Positions 1 through 9,059 of a DNA stretch of 64,000 nucleotides are shown here, piece by piece (positions within the stretch are counted from its first letter, which is position 1; each line of letters starts with the position of its first letter). Made by a program: the position numbers and the translations under genes. The DNA lies in NCBI GenBank assembly GCA_965267575.1, contig OZ254086.1, positions 3,040,001-3,104,000 on the forward strand. Direction: 5' to 3'. The DNA comes from Calditrichales bacterium (lineage in GTDB: Bacteria; Calditrichota; Calditrichia; Calditrichales; J004). The notes below the pieces were generated by a model, which saw only the letters and a program-made list of their open reading frames with translations, was not told where the DNA came from and ran no database searches.

Positions 1-251
1 CCGTATTCAAATTTGCCGCTGTTGCTCCAGTTGAAGTGCGCTTCGTCCAGCTCCAGCGTGGCATTGATAAGCAGCGCCCATGTCCAGCTGTTTTCACCGC
101 CCTGTGTCCAGTTGTCAAAAGCGTTCTGGGTAAAGTTCAGATCACCCACGACCTGTTTTTTCCAGCCGTATTTTGGCGCTTCCTCTTCCTGGGCCTGTGC
201 CACAAGAGCGCCTGTCAAAAGAATCAGTAATACAGTTAATGTTTTTTTCAT
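1..251 (-). CDS. DUF3078-like outer-membrane protein (partial, runs off window start)
   Basis: Manual translation from ATG at 251 with GGAGG RBS: MKKTLTVLLILLTGALVAQAQEEEAPKYGWKKQVVGDLNFTQNAFDNWTQGGENS; signal peptide plus 'NW..GGE' motif typical of DUF3078. Confidence 0.7.
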   Translation of the reverse strand, partial: MKKTLTVLLILLTGALVAQAQEEEAPKYGWKKQVVGDLNFTQNAFDNWTQGGENSWTWALLINATLELDEAHFNWSNSGKFEY

Positions 252-276
252 CGAATGCCTCCTTTAGTTGTGTCGG

Positions 277-1104
277 TTAGTTGGCTTTGTATTGGTGAAT
301 ATCCATCTGCGGATAAGGAATCGAAATCTTATTGGTATCGAAGGCCGCTTTTACTTTTTCGATCATATCAAAATGTACAGCCCAGTAATTCGGTGTATCG
401 ACCCAGGCCCTGACGGTAATGTCCACACTGCTGTCACCAAGGTTGCCTACGCGTACAAACGGCTCTGGGTCACCGTGGATGCGCTCATCTTGGCTGATGA
501 TGTCTAAAATGATCTGCTTGGCCTTTTCGGCGTCGTCTTCATAGCCGATGCCAAAAACGAAATCGGCCCTGCGCCGCTCTTCCGTCGAATAGTTTATAAT
601 TGAACCATTGGCCAACCCGCCATTGGGTATAATGATCGTTTTGTTGTCCGGCGTTTTGAGTGTGGTGTTCAGAACCTCGACCGCGTGTACGATACCGGAA
701 TGGCCGCTTCCCTCAATGTAATCGCCCACCTTAAATGGCTTGAAAATGAGGATAAGCACACCGCCGGCGAAGTTGGAAAGACTGCCCTGCAACGCAAAAC
801 CAATAGCCAGGCCTGCCGCGCCGATGACGGCAATAAAGGACGTTGTTTCCACGCCCAGCATGGAAATCACGCTTATAACGACAAGGACTTTAAGAATAAT
901 GGAAAAGATGCTGGTCAGAAAACGCTGCAGCGAGCTGTCCATGTTCGATTTGTCCGTGGCTTTCTGAAAGCCATTGACGATCAGCTTAACAATCCACAAG
1001 CCGACAATAAGAACGACTGCGGCCGTAAGGATCTTTGGTACATAAAAAATGACCATTTCCAGGGCCTGGTTGTAATATTCCTGTAAGTTACCTATATCCA
1101 TCAT
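277..1104 (-). CDS. mscS: Small-conductance mechanosensitive channel
   Basis: GAAGLAIGFALQGSLSNFAGG, PFKVGDYI and IPYPQ motifs. Confidence 0.93.
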   Translation of the reverse strand: MMDIGNLQEYYNQALEMVIFYVPKILTAAVVLIVGLWIVKLIVNGFQKATDKSNMDSSLQRFLTSIFSIILKVLVVISVISMLGVETTSFIAVIGAAGLAIGFALQGSLSNFAGGVLILIFKPFKVGDYIEGSGHSGIVHAVEVLNTTLKTPDNKTIIIPNGGLANGSIINYSTEERRRADFVFGIGYEDDAEKAKQIILDIISQDERIHGDPEPFVRVGNLGDSSVDITVRAWVDTPNYWAVHFDMIEKVKAAFDTNKISIPYPQMDIHQYKAN

Positions 1105-1586
1105 GCCTCCTTCGAGTTGGGTGTTGGTTTAAGAAATATTTTGCGGATCTCTTCTTTGCGGTAGGTGAAAATAGCGTTTACCTGGCGTTTTACAAACAAA
1201 CCGTGTGAAACTTTGCCGAGCAGGCCAAACGGCAAGGCGTAAACCACATGATCGGTCATATGCGTTGTGTTTTGTCCGGTGCCGCGGAACTCATGCAGGT
1301 GAACCCATTTTTGGTAGGGCCCGCGCAGCTGGCAATCCACAAAGCGGAAGGGCGGTTCCCATAAAGTGATTTCGGTAAGCCAGCGCAGGGGCACGTTATT
1401 CAGGCGCAGCTTGTATTCCAGCCTTGTACCCTGGCGAATATGTACGGATTTTGGAGTCAGTACGCGGAAATTAAGCCACGGCGGGGTAATGCGCTCCAGG
1501 TTAAACGCGTCGGAGAAGAACTCGAATACTTCATCGAGCGGTGCAGGGATCTCTGTTTGGGTTATATACCTGTATTCGTTACGCAT
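1101..1586 (-). CDS. SRPBCC family protein
   Basis: FFSDAFNLERITPPWL...FVD.Q.RGPY..W.H.H.F pattern. Confidence 0.85.
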   Translation of the reverse strand: MRNEYRYITQTEIPAPLDEVFEFFSDAFNLERITPPWLNFRVLTPKSVHIRQGTRLEYKLRLNNVPLRWLTEITLWEPPFRFVDCQLRGPYQKWVHLHEFRGTGQNTTHMTDHVVYALPFGLLGKVSHGLFVKRQVNAIFTYRKEEIRKIFLKPTPNSKEA

Positions 1587-1773
1587 CGGCAGTATTAATG
1601 CTGTTGTCCGGTCTTTTGGACACGGTTCGGTATTTTATCAGGCGCATAATTTCCTCGCGCTGGTCGTCTGTTAACCGGCTCCAGCGGGCGATTTCATCCA
1701 GCGTTCGCAAACAGCCGCTGCACAAGCCGCTTTTTTCATCAATCACACATACTTTAATACAGGGAGATTTCAT
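1579..1773 (-). CDS. DUF1289 small Cys-rich protein
   Basis: SPCIKVC...C.GC.RT.DEI..W signature. Confidence 0.85.
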   Translation of the reverse strand: MKSPCIKVCVIDEKSGLCSGCLRTLDEIARWSRLTDDQREEIMRLIKYRTVSKRPDNSINTADA

Positions 1774-1823
1774 TATTGGCCGCGTGAAAACAGGTTCTAC
1801 AAACTATATGGAAATAACTGACG

Positions 1824-3107
1824 TCACTTTTTGCGGGGGATGGCTTTACCGTGCGGATCGGTATCGGGATAGTCCAGCTTTTCTGCCAGGCGCTGCTTAA
1901 GCTCTTCATCGATAAAGTGTTCAATTTCGTCTGCCGGTCGGTGCAAATGATCATCCGGAATTCCAAGCCCGCTTAAGTAACTTTCCCACAATCGATGCTT
2001 CTGCAACAGGTTGCTGGCTAATTCTATTCCCTTGTCGGTCAAAGAAATGTAACCGTTTTGACGGGTCAATGCACCTTTTTTGAGCAGTGCTTCCAAAACG
2101 CGCATTTTTACGCGATTGCCGTCGGCGTTTTCTTCCGTGATCATCCGCAGCGGGCGGCCTTTTTCGCCGGATTGCTCGTAATTACGGATCAGGCCCAGCA
2201 GGATGTGGTCTGCGGCGATACGGTTGGAGAGCTGGTGGCGCTGACGGTAGCGTGACCACAATCCATTATGCGGCGCAATTATGAGCGAAACAGCAAAAAG
2301 AAGCCCAAGCACCGTGGTGATGCTGCCGGCTATGGAACTGTCCATGACCATGGCCAGGTAGTAGCCGCCGACAGCACCGGTAACTCCAATAAGAACGGAA
2401 AGCTTCAGGATTGTTTTCAGGTTGTCGGACCATAAGTAAGCCGCGGCACCGGGCACAATCAGCATGGCCACAACCAGGATGGCGCCAACCGATTCGAAGG
2501 AGGCAACGGTGGTCACCGAGACGAGCGCCATCAGGATGTAGTGAACCAGCGAGGCATTAATGCCGATGGCCATTGCCATGGCCGGGTCAAAGGAAACGAT
2601 CTTGAACTCTTTGTAAAACAGGCCCAGTACAAGAAGGTTAAGCAGAAGCACGGAGCCCAATATCCAGACCGGCCGCGGCCCGTAACTCTGTCCGGCAACG
2701 ATCAGCGTGTCCCATGGCGTGTAGGCAATCTCGCCATATAAAACGCACTCCTGGTCCAGGTCGATGTGGCCGGTGTAGGCGGAGATAATGATCACACCCA
2801 GGGCAAACAGGGCCGTGAAGACAATACCGATGGCGGCATCTTCCTGAACGCGCCAGTGGCGATGGATATATTCGATAATAAAGGTGGTGAGAACGCCGGC
2901 GACCAGGGCGCCAAGAAACATGGGCAAAATATCGCGGCTGCCGGAGAAGAGGTAGGCGACGGCGATGCCCGGCAAAACAGCGTGGCTGATGGCGTCACCG
3001 AGAAGCGACATTTTTCGCAGAACGAGAAAAGTGCCCAGCAGAGCGCAGGAAACGGCCACCAGAATGCCTGTCAGAATGATCCAGAATGAACCGCTCAACT
3101 CAATCAT
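1824..3107 (-). CDS. Mn/Zn/Fe ABC transporter permease (TroD/MntD-like) fused to a C-terminal DtxR-type domain
   Basis: ABC-3 motif GDAISHAVLPG; C-terminal HRLWESYL...AD.IEH...DPHGK.IP (DtxR metal-binding/dimerisation domain). Confidence 0.9.
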   Translation of the reverse strand: MIELSGSFWIILTGILVAVSCALLGTFLVLRKMSLLGDAISHAVLPGIAVAYLFSGSRDILPMFLGALVAGVLTTFIIEYIHRHWRVQEDAAIGIVFTALFALGVIIISAYTGHIDLDQECVLYGEIAYTPWDTLIVAGQSYGPRPVWILGSVLLLNLLVLGLFYKEFKIVSFDPAMAMAIGINASLVHYILMALVSVTTVASFESVGAILVVAMLIVPGAAAYLWSDNLKTILKLSVLIGVTGAVGGYYLAMVMDSSIAGSITTVLGLLFAVSLIIAPHNGLWSRYRQRHQLSNRIAADHILLGLIRNYEQSGEKGRPLRMITEENADGNRVKMRVLEALLKKGALTRQNGYISLTDKGIELASNLLQKHRLWESYLSGLGIPDDHLHRPADEIEHFIDEELKQRLAEKLDYPDTDPHGKAIPRKK

Positions 3108-4387
3108 GTAGCGGCCTCCTGTCCTTGCGGTCTGATGATCCTTTCTACGTTTATACCCTGTTCACGCAGGATTTCCTCCAGGCGGGCGACGATATCCTCG
3201 GTCAGGATATGTTCGATGTTATCGGCCGGGGCATGGACATGGTCTTTCTGCAGGATATGGCGGTTAAGCAGGTAATGCTCCCACAGCCTGTGCGATTTGA
3301 TAATATGCAGCGCCTGTTCTTCGCCTTTTTCATTCAGACTAATATTACGATCGCGCAGTGTGATCCAGTTTTTTTTCTGCAGGGCGCGCAGGGCCGGGCG
3401 CAGGCGCCGCTCAAAAACGCCCAGGTAATTGGCCAGCTCGGTGATCGATATATTTTGCGGGTAAGCGTGCTGCTCGCGGATTTCATAATAGGCGCGCAGA
3501 ATATGCTGCATGTGCTGGCGGCGGCGGTTGTTGTAATGTCTTAAAAGGCGCGCGATAAGGCCTTTGCGCGGTGCGACAATGGCGGAGATGGTGAATATGC
3601 CCGTCGCTGTTAAAACCATAACCGGTCCGGTTGGAATGCGCGGTGCGGCGGCGCTGACGTATGTGCCGCTGATGCCCGAAATTATTCCGGCTATCATGGC
3701 CAGCACCAATACGAGATGCAGCTTGTCACTCCAGAAACGGGCGGCGGCGGCCGGTGTAATCAGCATGGCAGCGATGAGAATAACGCCCACCGCCTGCAAG
3801 CCGTTCATCACCGTTAAAACGATCAGCGCCATAAGCAGCAGGTCAATCCGCGCGGCGGGAAAACCGATGCTGCGGCAGTAGTCGTAATCAAAGATCATCA
3901 TTTTGAATTCTTTGTAGAAAAGCAGAAGCATGGCAACAATAAGCACGGTGATCACCAGCATCACCTGGACATCACGAGGCACAATGGCCGCCGCCTGGCC
4001 AAACAGAAATTTATCCAGACCGCTTTGGTTGCCGGCGGCGGTTTGCTGGGCATAAGTAAGAAATACAATCCCGATGCCAAAAAATACGGACAGCACCATG
4101 CCTATGGCCGCATCTGTTTTAATGCGCGTGCGGTTAACGATTAGCTGGATTACCAGAACACCGATCACGCCCGTCGCTGTTGCCCCAATAAGCAGAGGAA
4201 CGATGTCCTTGCTCCCTGTAATCAAAAAAGCGATCACGACACCGGGCAGGGCGCTGTGTGCCAGGGCATCACCCAGCAGGCTTCGCTTGCGCAAAACGGC
4301 GTAGGTTCCCAGCAAACCTCCGCTCATTCCAATCAGGATCATACCAAGGAGTATGTAGCGTAAATTAAAGTTGTCCAGACCAAGCAT
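3104..4387 (-). CDS. Mn/Zn/Fe ABC transporter permease (TroC/MntC-like) fused to a C-terminal DtxR-type wHTH and dimerisation domain
   Basis: GDALAHSALPG; C-terminal ISITELANYLGV wHTH and HRLWEHYL...AD.IEH. Confidence 0.9.
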   Translation of the reverse strand: MLGLDNFNLRYILLGMILIGMSGGLLGTYAVLRKRSLLGDALAHSALPGVVIAFLITGSKDIVPLLIGATATGVIGVLVIQLIVNRTRIKTDAAIGMVLSVFFGIGIVFLTYAQQTAAGNQSGLDKFLFGQAAAIVPRDVQVMLVITVLIVAMLLLFYKEFKMMIFDYDYCRSIGFPAARIDLLLMALIVLTVMNGLQAVGVILIAAMLITPAAAARFWSDKLHLVLVLAMIAGIISGISGTYVSAAAPRIPTGPVMVLTATGIFTISAIVAPRKGLIARLLRHYNNRRRQHMQHILRAYYEIREQHAYPQNISITELANYLGVFERRLRPALRALQKKNWITLRDRNISLNEKGEEQALHIIKSHRLWEHYLLNRHILQKDHVHAPADNIEHILTEDIVARLEEILREQGINVERIIRPQGQEAAT

Positions 4388-4507
4388 AGGGTGTTAATGT
4401 GTTATGGTGTTAGTGTTCAGGTGTTCACGTTTTTTTTGTAACATATTCAGGACAAGACATTAATTCCCAATTCCAAATTCCCAATTTTTAATTCGTACTG
4501 CCCAATT

Positions 4508-5278
4508 CTACTGATTCCCCATTTCCCGGGCTACGGCCTGTGCGGCTTCGCTTAGAATGGTCAGACGCCCGCCGTAGGTTTTGTTCAGGTTGTCCTGGGT
4601 AAAAACCTTCTTTACGGGCCCCGCGGCTACGACGCGCATGTTCAGCATCATCAGCCAGTCGAAATAGGTGGAAACCGTTTGCAGATCGTGATGAACAACG
4701 ATGATCGTTTTTTCCTGTTTCTGAAGCTCCGTCAGCAATTGTATGATGGCGCGCTCGGTGGAGGCATCAACGCCGGCAAAGGGTTCATCCATCAGGTAAA
4801 TGCGCGCATCCTGGGCCAGGGCACGGGCCAAAAAAACCCGCTGCTGCTGCCCGCCGGAAAGCTGGCTGATCTGACGGTCGGCGAATTCGGCCATGCCCAC
4901 TTTTTCCAAAGAGGCATAAGCGATTTCCTTATCCTCTGCGGACGGCCGCTTCACCCAGCCGATGTGTCCGTAACGGCCCATCAGCGTAACCTCGAAGGCA
5001 CTTACAGGGAAATCCCAGTCTACCGATTCGCGTTGCGGAACATAGCCCACCAGAGAGCGCATCTCGCTGTAGGGTTTATCAAAAATCTTCACCCAACCCG
5101 ATGCCTTGGGAATCAGGTCGATCATTGCTTTTATGAGCGTGGATTTGCCCGCGCCGTTTGGGCCAATTACACCAACCAGCTTGCCCTCGGGAATTTCCAG
5201 ATCCACATCCCATAAAACCGGCCTTTTCTGGTAGGCCACGGTCATGTCATGTATTTCGATCGCTGTCTTTTCAGCCAT
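4508..5278 (-). CDS. Metal ABC transporter ATP-binding protein (TroB/MntB-like)
   Basis: Walker A GPNGAGKST, LSGGQQQR signature, DEPFAGVD. Confidence 0.93.
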   Translation of the reverse strand: MAEKTAIEIHDMTVAYQKRPVLWDVDLEIPEGKLVGVIGPNGAGKSTLIKAMIDLIPKASGWVKIFDKPYSEMRSLVGYVPQRESVDWDFPVSAFEVTLMGRYGHIGWVKRPSAEDKEIAYASLEKVGMAEFADRQISQLSGGQQQRVFLARALAQDARIYLMDEPFAGVDASTERAIIQLLTELQKQEKTIIVVHHDLQTVSTYFDWLMMLNMRVVAAGPVKKVFTQDNLNKTYGGRLTILSEAAQAVAREMGNQ

Positions 5279-5286
5279 GATTTTTC

Positions 5287-6207
5287 CTAATGCAAAGCTT
5301 CAACAAGTGTACGCACGTTATGGCGCACCATCCCAATGTACGTGTCGGCGCCGCTGCCGGGCTCACCCATGGCATCGGAATAAAGCGTCCCGCCGATCTG
5401 CACATCAAATCCGCGCGATTGCACGCTTTCCTGGACGGCTTTTATACTGCGCGGCGAAATACTGGATTCCACAAAAATAGCCTTGATCCGGCGCTCGACG
5501 ATCGTATTCACCAGGTCGGTAATGTCCTTTACGCCAAACTCGGCAACAGTGGATATGCCCTGCAGGCCAACAACTTCAATGTTGTAGGCTCTTCCAAAAT
5601 AGCTGAATGCGTCATGGGCGGTAACCAGCACACGACGCTCCGCGGGAATTACCCGAAGCGTGTCGCCAACCCAGCGGTGCAATGAATCCAGTTTTGCCAT
5701 ATAATTTTTATAGTTGGATGTAAAATAATCTGCCGACGTGCTGTCATACGCGGTTAAAGCGGACAAGACCGCGCCACCCGCCTCGCGCCACAGCGAAACA
5801 TCAAACCAGATATGCGGGTCGACCGTTTCACCATACTCCATAAGCAAGCTGGAGTCAACGGGCGCGGCAACTGCCACCACCGGTTTCGTGCGGTTCATTT
5901 TTTCAAAGATATCCACCATTTTGCCTTCCAGGTGCAGGCCGTTGTAAAAAATGATCTCGGCCCCGTTTAATCTGTTTATGTCACCCTGGCTGGCTTTATA
6001 CAAATGGGGATCCACGCCGGGCCCCATGAGGCCGGTAACATTCGCCCTGTCTCCGGCAATGTTTTCCACCATATCGGCGATCATACCGGTAGTGCATACA
6101 ATATCAATCATACCGTCATCTGCCTTTTGCGTCTGTTCAGAACAGGCCAAAATAAACAGCAATGCAATCAGAGAAACAATCCGTCTCATATTCATAAAAT
6201 TTTCCAT
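5287..6207 (-). CDS. Metal ABC transporter substrate-binding lipoprotein (TroA/MntA-like)
   Basis: Lipobox LAC; GVDPHLY, DPHIWF, TAHDAF and SDAMG metal-ligand motifs. Confidence 0.93.
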   Translation of the reverse strand: MENFMNMRRIVSLIALLFILACSEQTQKADDGMIDIVCTTGMIADMVENIAGDRANVTGLMGPGVDPHLYKASQGDINRLNGAEIIFYNGLHLEGKMVDIFEKMNRTKPVVAVAAPVDSSLLMEYGETVDPHIWFDVSLWREAGGAVLSALTAYDSTSADYFTSNYKNYMAKLDSLHRWVGDTLRVIPAERRVLVTAHDAFSYFGRAYNIEVVGLQGISTVAEFGVKDITDLVNTIVERRIKAIFVESSISPRSIKAVQESVQSRGFDVQIGGTLYSDAMGEPGSGADTYIGMVRHNVRTLVEALH

Positions 6208-6222
6208 GTTTAGTGTTTGTAG

Positions 6223-6999
6223 TTATAAAACAACCTGCACCAGGATCATGCCGCAGAAGCCGGCGGTAAAAAACCAGGCCATCTTTACCGGTGTTTCTTT
6301 TTCCAGTGCTTCCGGTATCAATTCCATGATTACCAGATAGATCATGGCGCCGGCGGCAAAGCCCATCAGGATGGGCATAAGCGGCTGGAAAAACCACGAT
6401 GCCAGGCTGGCCGGCAAAGCGGCGATGGGTTGGGGCAGGCTTGTAAAAAAAGCAGCCCAGAAGCATTTATGTATCGAGGCGCCGGCTGCCCGCAGCGGAA
6501 TCGCCACCGCCAGGCCTTCCGGTATATTATGAATGGCGATTGCCAAAGCAATGTAATCGCCTATAGATGTATTTAACACTTCACCGGAAGCGTAGCCAAC
6601 GCCAACGGCCACACCCTCGGGGATGGAATGCACGGACATGGCAACGAAGATAAGTATCTCTATACGTTTGCCATATTTGCGCAGACCCGATTTCTCAAAA
6701 CGCTCAGGCTCCAGGTACACATGCGTCGCCCAGATAAACAGGGCGCCGGCCAGAATCCCGCTTATCACCGGTATCACTGTCCGCAATGTCATTTCGTTTT
6801 CGGTCATGGAAAGACCGGGTAGCAGCAGATTGTAAACCGAGGCGGCGAACATCAGTCCCCCGGCAAGCGCGTAGCCCAGTCCGCTGTGCTCCTTGAGTTT
6901 TAGACCCGGGAAGATCAGCGGCAGCGCACCCAGGCCGCAGGCAAAACTGGCCAGTATCCCCGCGACAAATGAATCCGTTACAATTCCGACCGGCATCAT
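6223..6999 (-). CDS. ZIP family metal transporter (ZupT/GufA-like)
   Basis: HSIPEGVAVG and HNIPEGLAVA motifs. Confidence 0.92.
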   Translation of the reverse strand: MMPVGIVTDSFVAGILASFACGLGALPLIFPGLKLKEHSGLGYALAGGLMFAASVYNLLLPGLSMTENEMTLRTVIPVISGILAGALFIWATHVYLEPERFEKSGLRKYGKRIEILIFVAMSVHSIPEGVAVGVGYASGEVLNTSIGDYIALAIAIHNIPEGLAVAIPLRAAGASIHKCFWAAFFTSLPQPIAALPASLASWFFQPLMPILMGFAAGAMIYLVIMELIPEALEKETPVKMAWFFTAGFCGMILVQVVL

Positions 7000-7024
7000 C
7001 AGCTTCCGTTTTGATTAAGCAACA

Positions 7025-7076
7025 AAAATAACCATTAAATTAGATATGTCAAGTAAAAATTTAGGGCAATCTAATT
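7025..7076 (-). promoter_or_regulatory. Sigma70-type promoter overlapped by a putative DtxR/MntR operator
   Basis: TTGACA (minus strand, 7047-7052) with TATTTT ~16 nt downstream; TTAG-N6-CTAA palindrome at 7061-7074; AATTAGAT (7038-7045) / ATCTAATT (7069-7076) inverted repeat. Confidence 0.6.
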
Positions 7077-7089
7077 ATTTGTTATAAGT

Positions 7090-7123
7090 AAAAAAAAACC
7101 GCCCGTTTTAAGGGCGGCTTTTT
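7090..7123. terminator. Intrinsic terminator after the cytochrome/porin operon
   Basis: CCGCCC-gttttaa-GGGCGG hairpin flanked by A and T tracts. Confidence 0.75.
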
Positions 7124-7147
7124 ATGTCGTCTGTCTAACTCTGTTTT

Positions 7148-8149
7148 TTAATTGAAAACTTCAATTTTCCCGTTTATATGCAGGAATTTGTTAACAATGT
7201 TTAATTCGCTGTCCACAACGCGTCCATGGCAGCCGGCGCAGTTATCCAGCGAAGAGGCAATGTGACCTTTGGGCGGGAGACCGTGGCAGGAGCCGCAGCG
7301 GGCCTGATCCAGGCCGACAAACTGCCATTCGACTTTGGCATTGTTACCGGCCATAACGCTGTCCGTGTAGGCCCAGGGGTAAGCGCTTTCGCTCTTCTTA
7401 AATTCGAAACCGCCGTGGCAATACGTGTCGCTGCACGAGCCGCTCAAAACGTCATAGTGCGCGTTGCTTTTGCCGTTAAAGCTTGCCAGCTTGTTAAAGA
7501 TCACTTCAGCACCTTCACTATCGTCGAGGTGGCCGGCTGAAGTGAGTTCTGTTGGCGTGATGTGGCAGGTTTTACAATCGCCTTGCGAGAATGTGCTCCA
7601 GGTATCGCCAACCAGGTGCGGCTGGTGCGCGCCCACCGTTTTGAAGCGCGTGTCTGTGCGGTCCATAAGATCCTTAGGCGGCGCAGCATTGGCCATATCG
7701 CCGTGGCAGGTATTGCAGGCTTCCGGTCCCTTTTCGGCGCTGTGGCAAACCGTACAATCCTTATTGTCCACGCCTTCACCCATGTAGTCGTTGCCGTGGC
7801 AGCTCTGGCAGGCGGTAATGTCCCACTTCAGCATGGCAATAAATTCATCGTGGAAATTGCCGGAACCGGGATTGGCAAAGCCTTCCGGGTGCGGAAAGAG
7901 ATTATGGCAGCCGCTGCTGAAGCAGGAGACGTTGGACGTCCCGCCCTGGTAGTCTTGCCCGTGGCAGCTCTGGCAGCTTTCGATATTCAAACCGCCGTTA
8001 AGCAGCACCGACCCGTGGAAATTTTCCGAGCTTTTAGACACCCAGTTATCGGGGTGTGTCGGCACCGCGGTCGGTTCGTTTTTTTCAAGGCAGGCCGTTA
8101 CCAACCAGCCCAGCGACATAAGCGAAATAAATAATATTGTGCGTTTCAT
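7148..8149 (-). CDS. Multiheme c-type cytochrome lipoprotein with CxxxxCH/CxxCH motifs (~9 hemes)
   Basis: Lipobox VTAC; 7 CxxCH plus CFSSGCH and CSDTYCH; C-terminal HINGKIE as in Geobacter CxxxxCH-type cytochromes. Confidence 0.88.
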   Translation of the reverse strand: MKRTILFISLMSLGWLVTACLEKNEPTAVPTHPDNWVSKSSENFHGSVLLNGGLNIESCQSCHGQDYQGGTSNVSCFSSGCHNLFPHPEGFANPGSGNFHDEFIAMLKWDITACQSCHGNDYMGEGVDNKDCTVCHSAEKGPEACNTCHGDMANAAPPKDLMDRTDTRFKTVGAHQPHLVGDTWSTFSQGDCKTCHITPTELTSAGHLDDSEGAEVIFNKLASFNGKSNAHYDVLSGSCSDTYCHGGFEFKKSESAYPWAYTDSVMAGNNAKVEWQFVGLDQARCGSCHGLPPKGHIASSLDNCAGCHGRVVDSELNIVNKFLHINGKIEVFN

Positions 8150-8164
8150 GAGCTGTGTCCCGGT

Positions 8165-9055
8165 TTAGTTTCCGTGGCATGGCGCGCATACCGTTTGAGC
8201 GTTGCTCTCATGGCAGGAGGCACATGCTTCCAGATCGTTAATAGCTTCCAATGCGTGCAGACCGCCGTTGTTGGGAATGTTGTTTACCCAACCGGCGCCG
8301 TGATTATGCGGCAGTACGTTGTTATCACGGTGGCAATCGATGCAGAATTGCCGGTTTGTATGGCAGCTGCTGCAGTTATTCATTTTGTTGGCGGCGTCCA
8401 GCGCGTGCGTGAATTCATAATTCAGCGGGTGCGTCAGCCGGTCAACGTTTTCACCTTCGTGGCAATCCTGGCAGAAGTTCTGGCTGTGACAGCTTACGCA
8501 ATCCATGCCGGAAGATTTTTGAATAGCGCCGGTGCGCGCCAGTATCGCGTGATTGTGAATAAAATCCAGCGTGTGTGTGACAGGCCGCAGATCTTCGCTG
8601 GGCAGGTGGCAGCTTTCGCAGGTGTTTACCACAAGCTTTTGCTCGTGGCAATCCATACATTCAACCATGCCCGGCAGGTCCAGCGGCAGCACCTCTTCTT
8701 TTGCGGCAACCATCCGGTGGCAGTCGGCGCATTCCTGGCCGGCTTCGGCATGCAGCTTGTGTGAGAAGAGTACGCTGTATTCTGTTACCTGGGGCATATT
8801 GGCGAAATCAGGCAAATCTTCGGCATCATGGCAATCCAGGCACATGTCGCGGTTGGGCATAAGGTTGTCGGCACCGGTAGTGCTTTCGGCGGCAGCGCCA
8901 TGGCAATCGGCACATTCAAGGCCTTCACCTTCCACATGAACGGCATGCGGAAATTCAAAGCCGGTCTGTTCGTCCTCGCCGGAAAAAACAGCCCCGCTCA
9001 GCAACAGCAGCATGATGGCGCCAATGATCGTTAAAAATGTCGCGCGTGTTTTCAT
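8165..9055 (-). CDS. Periplasmic multiheme cytochrome c (11 CxxCH)
   Basis: Signal peptide; 11 CxxCH in 296 aa; FPH..H and FSH..H c3/c7-like motifs. Confidence 0.9.
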   Translation of the reverse strand: MKTRATFLTIIGAIMLLLLSGAVFSGEDEQTGFEFPHAVHVEGEGLECADCHGAAAESTTGADNLMPNRDMCLDCHDAEDLPDFANMPQVTEYSVLFSHKLHAEAGQECADCHRMVAAKEEVLPLDLPGMVECMDCHEQKLVVNTCESCHLPSEDLRPVTHTLDFIHNHAILARTGAIQKSSGMDCVSCHSQNFCQDCHEGENVDRLTHPLNYEFTHALDAANKMNNCSSCHTNRQFCIDCHRDNNVLPHNHGAGWVNNIPNNGGLHALEAINDLEACASCHESNAQTVCAPCHGN

Positions 9056-9059
9056 GTTA

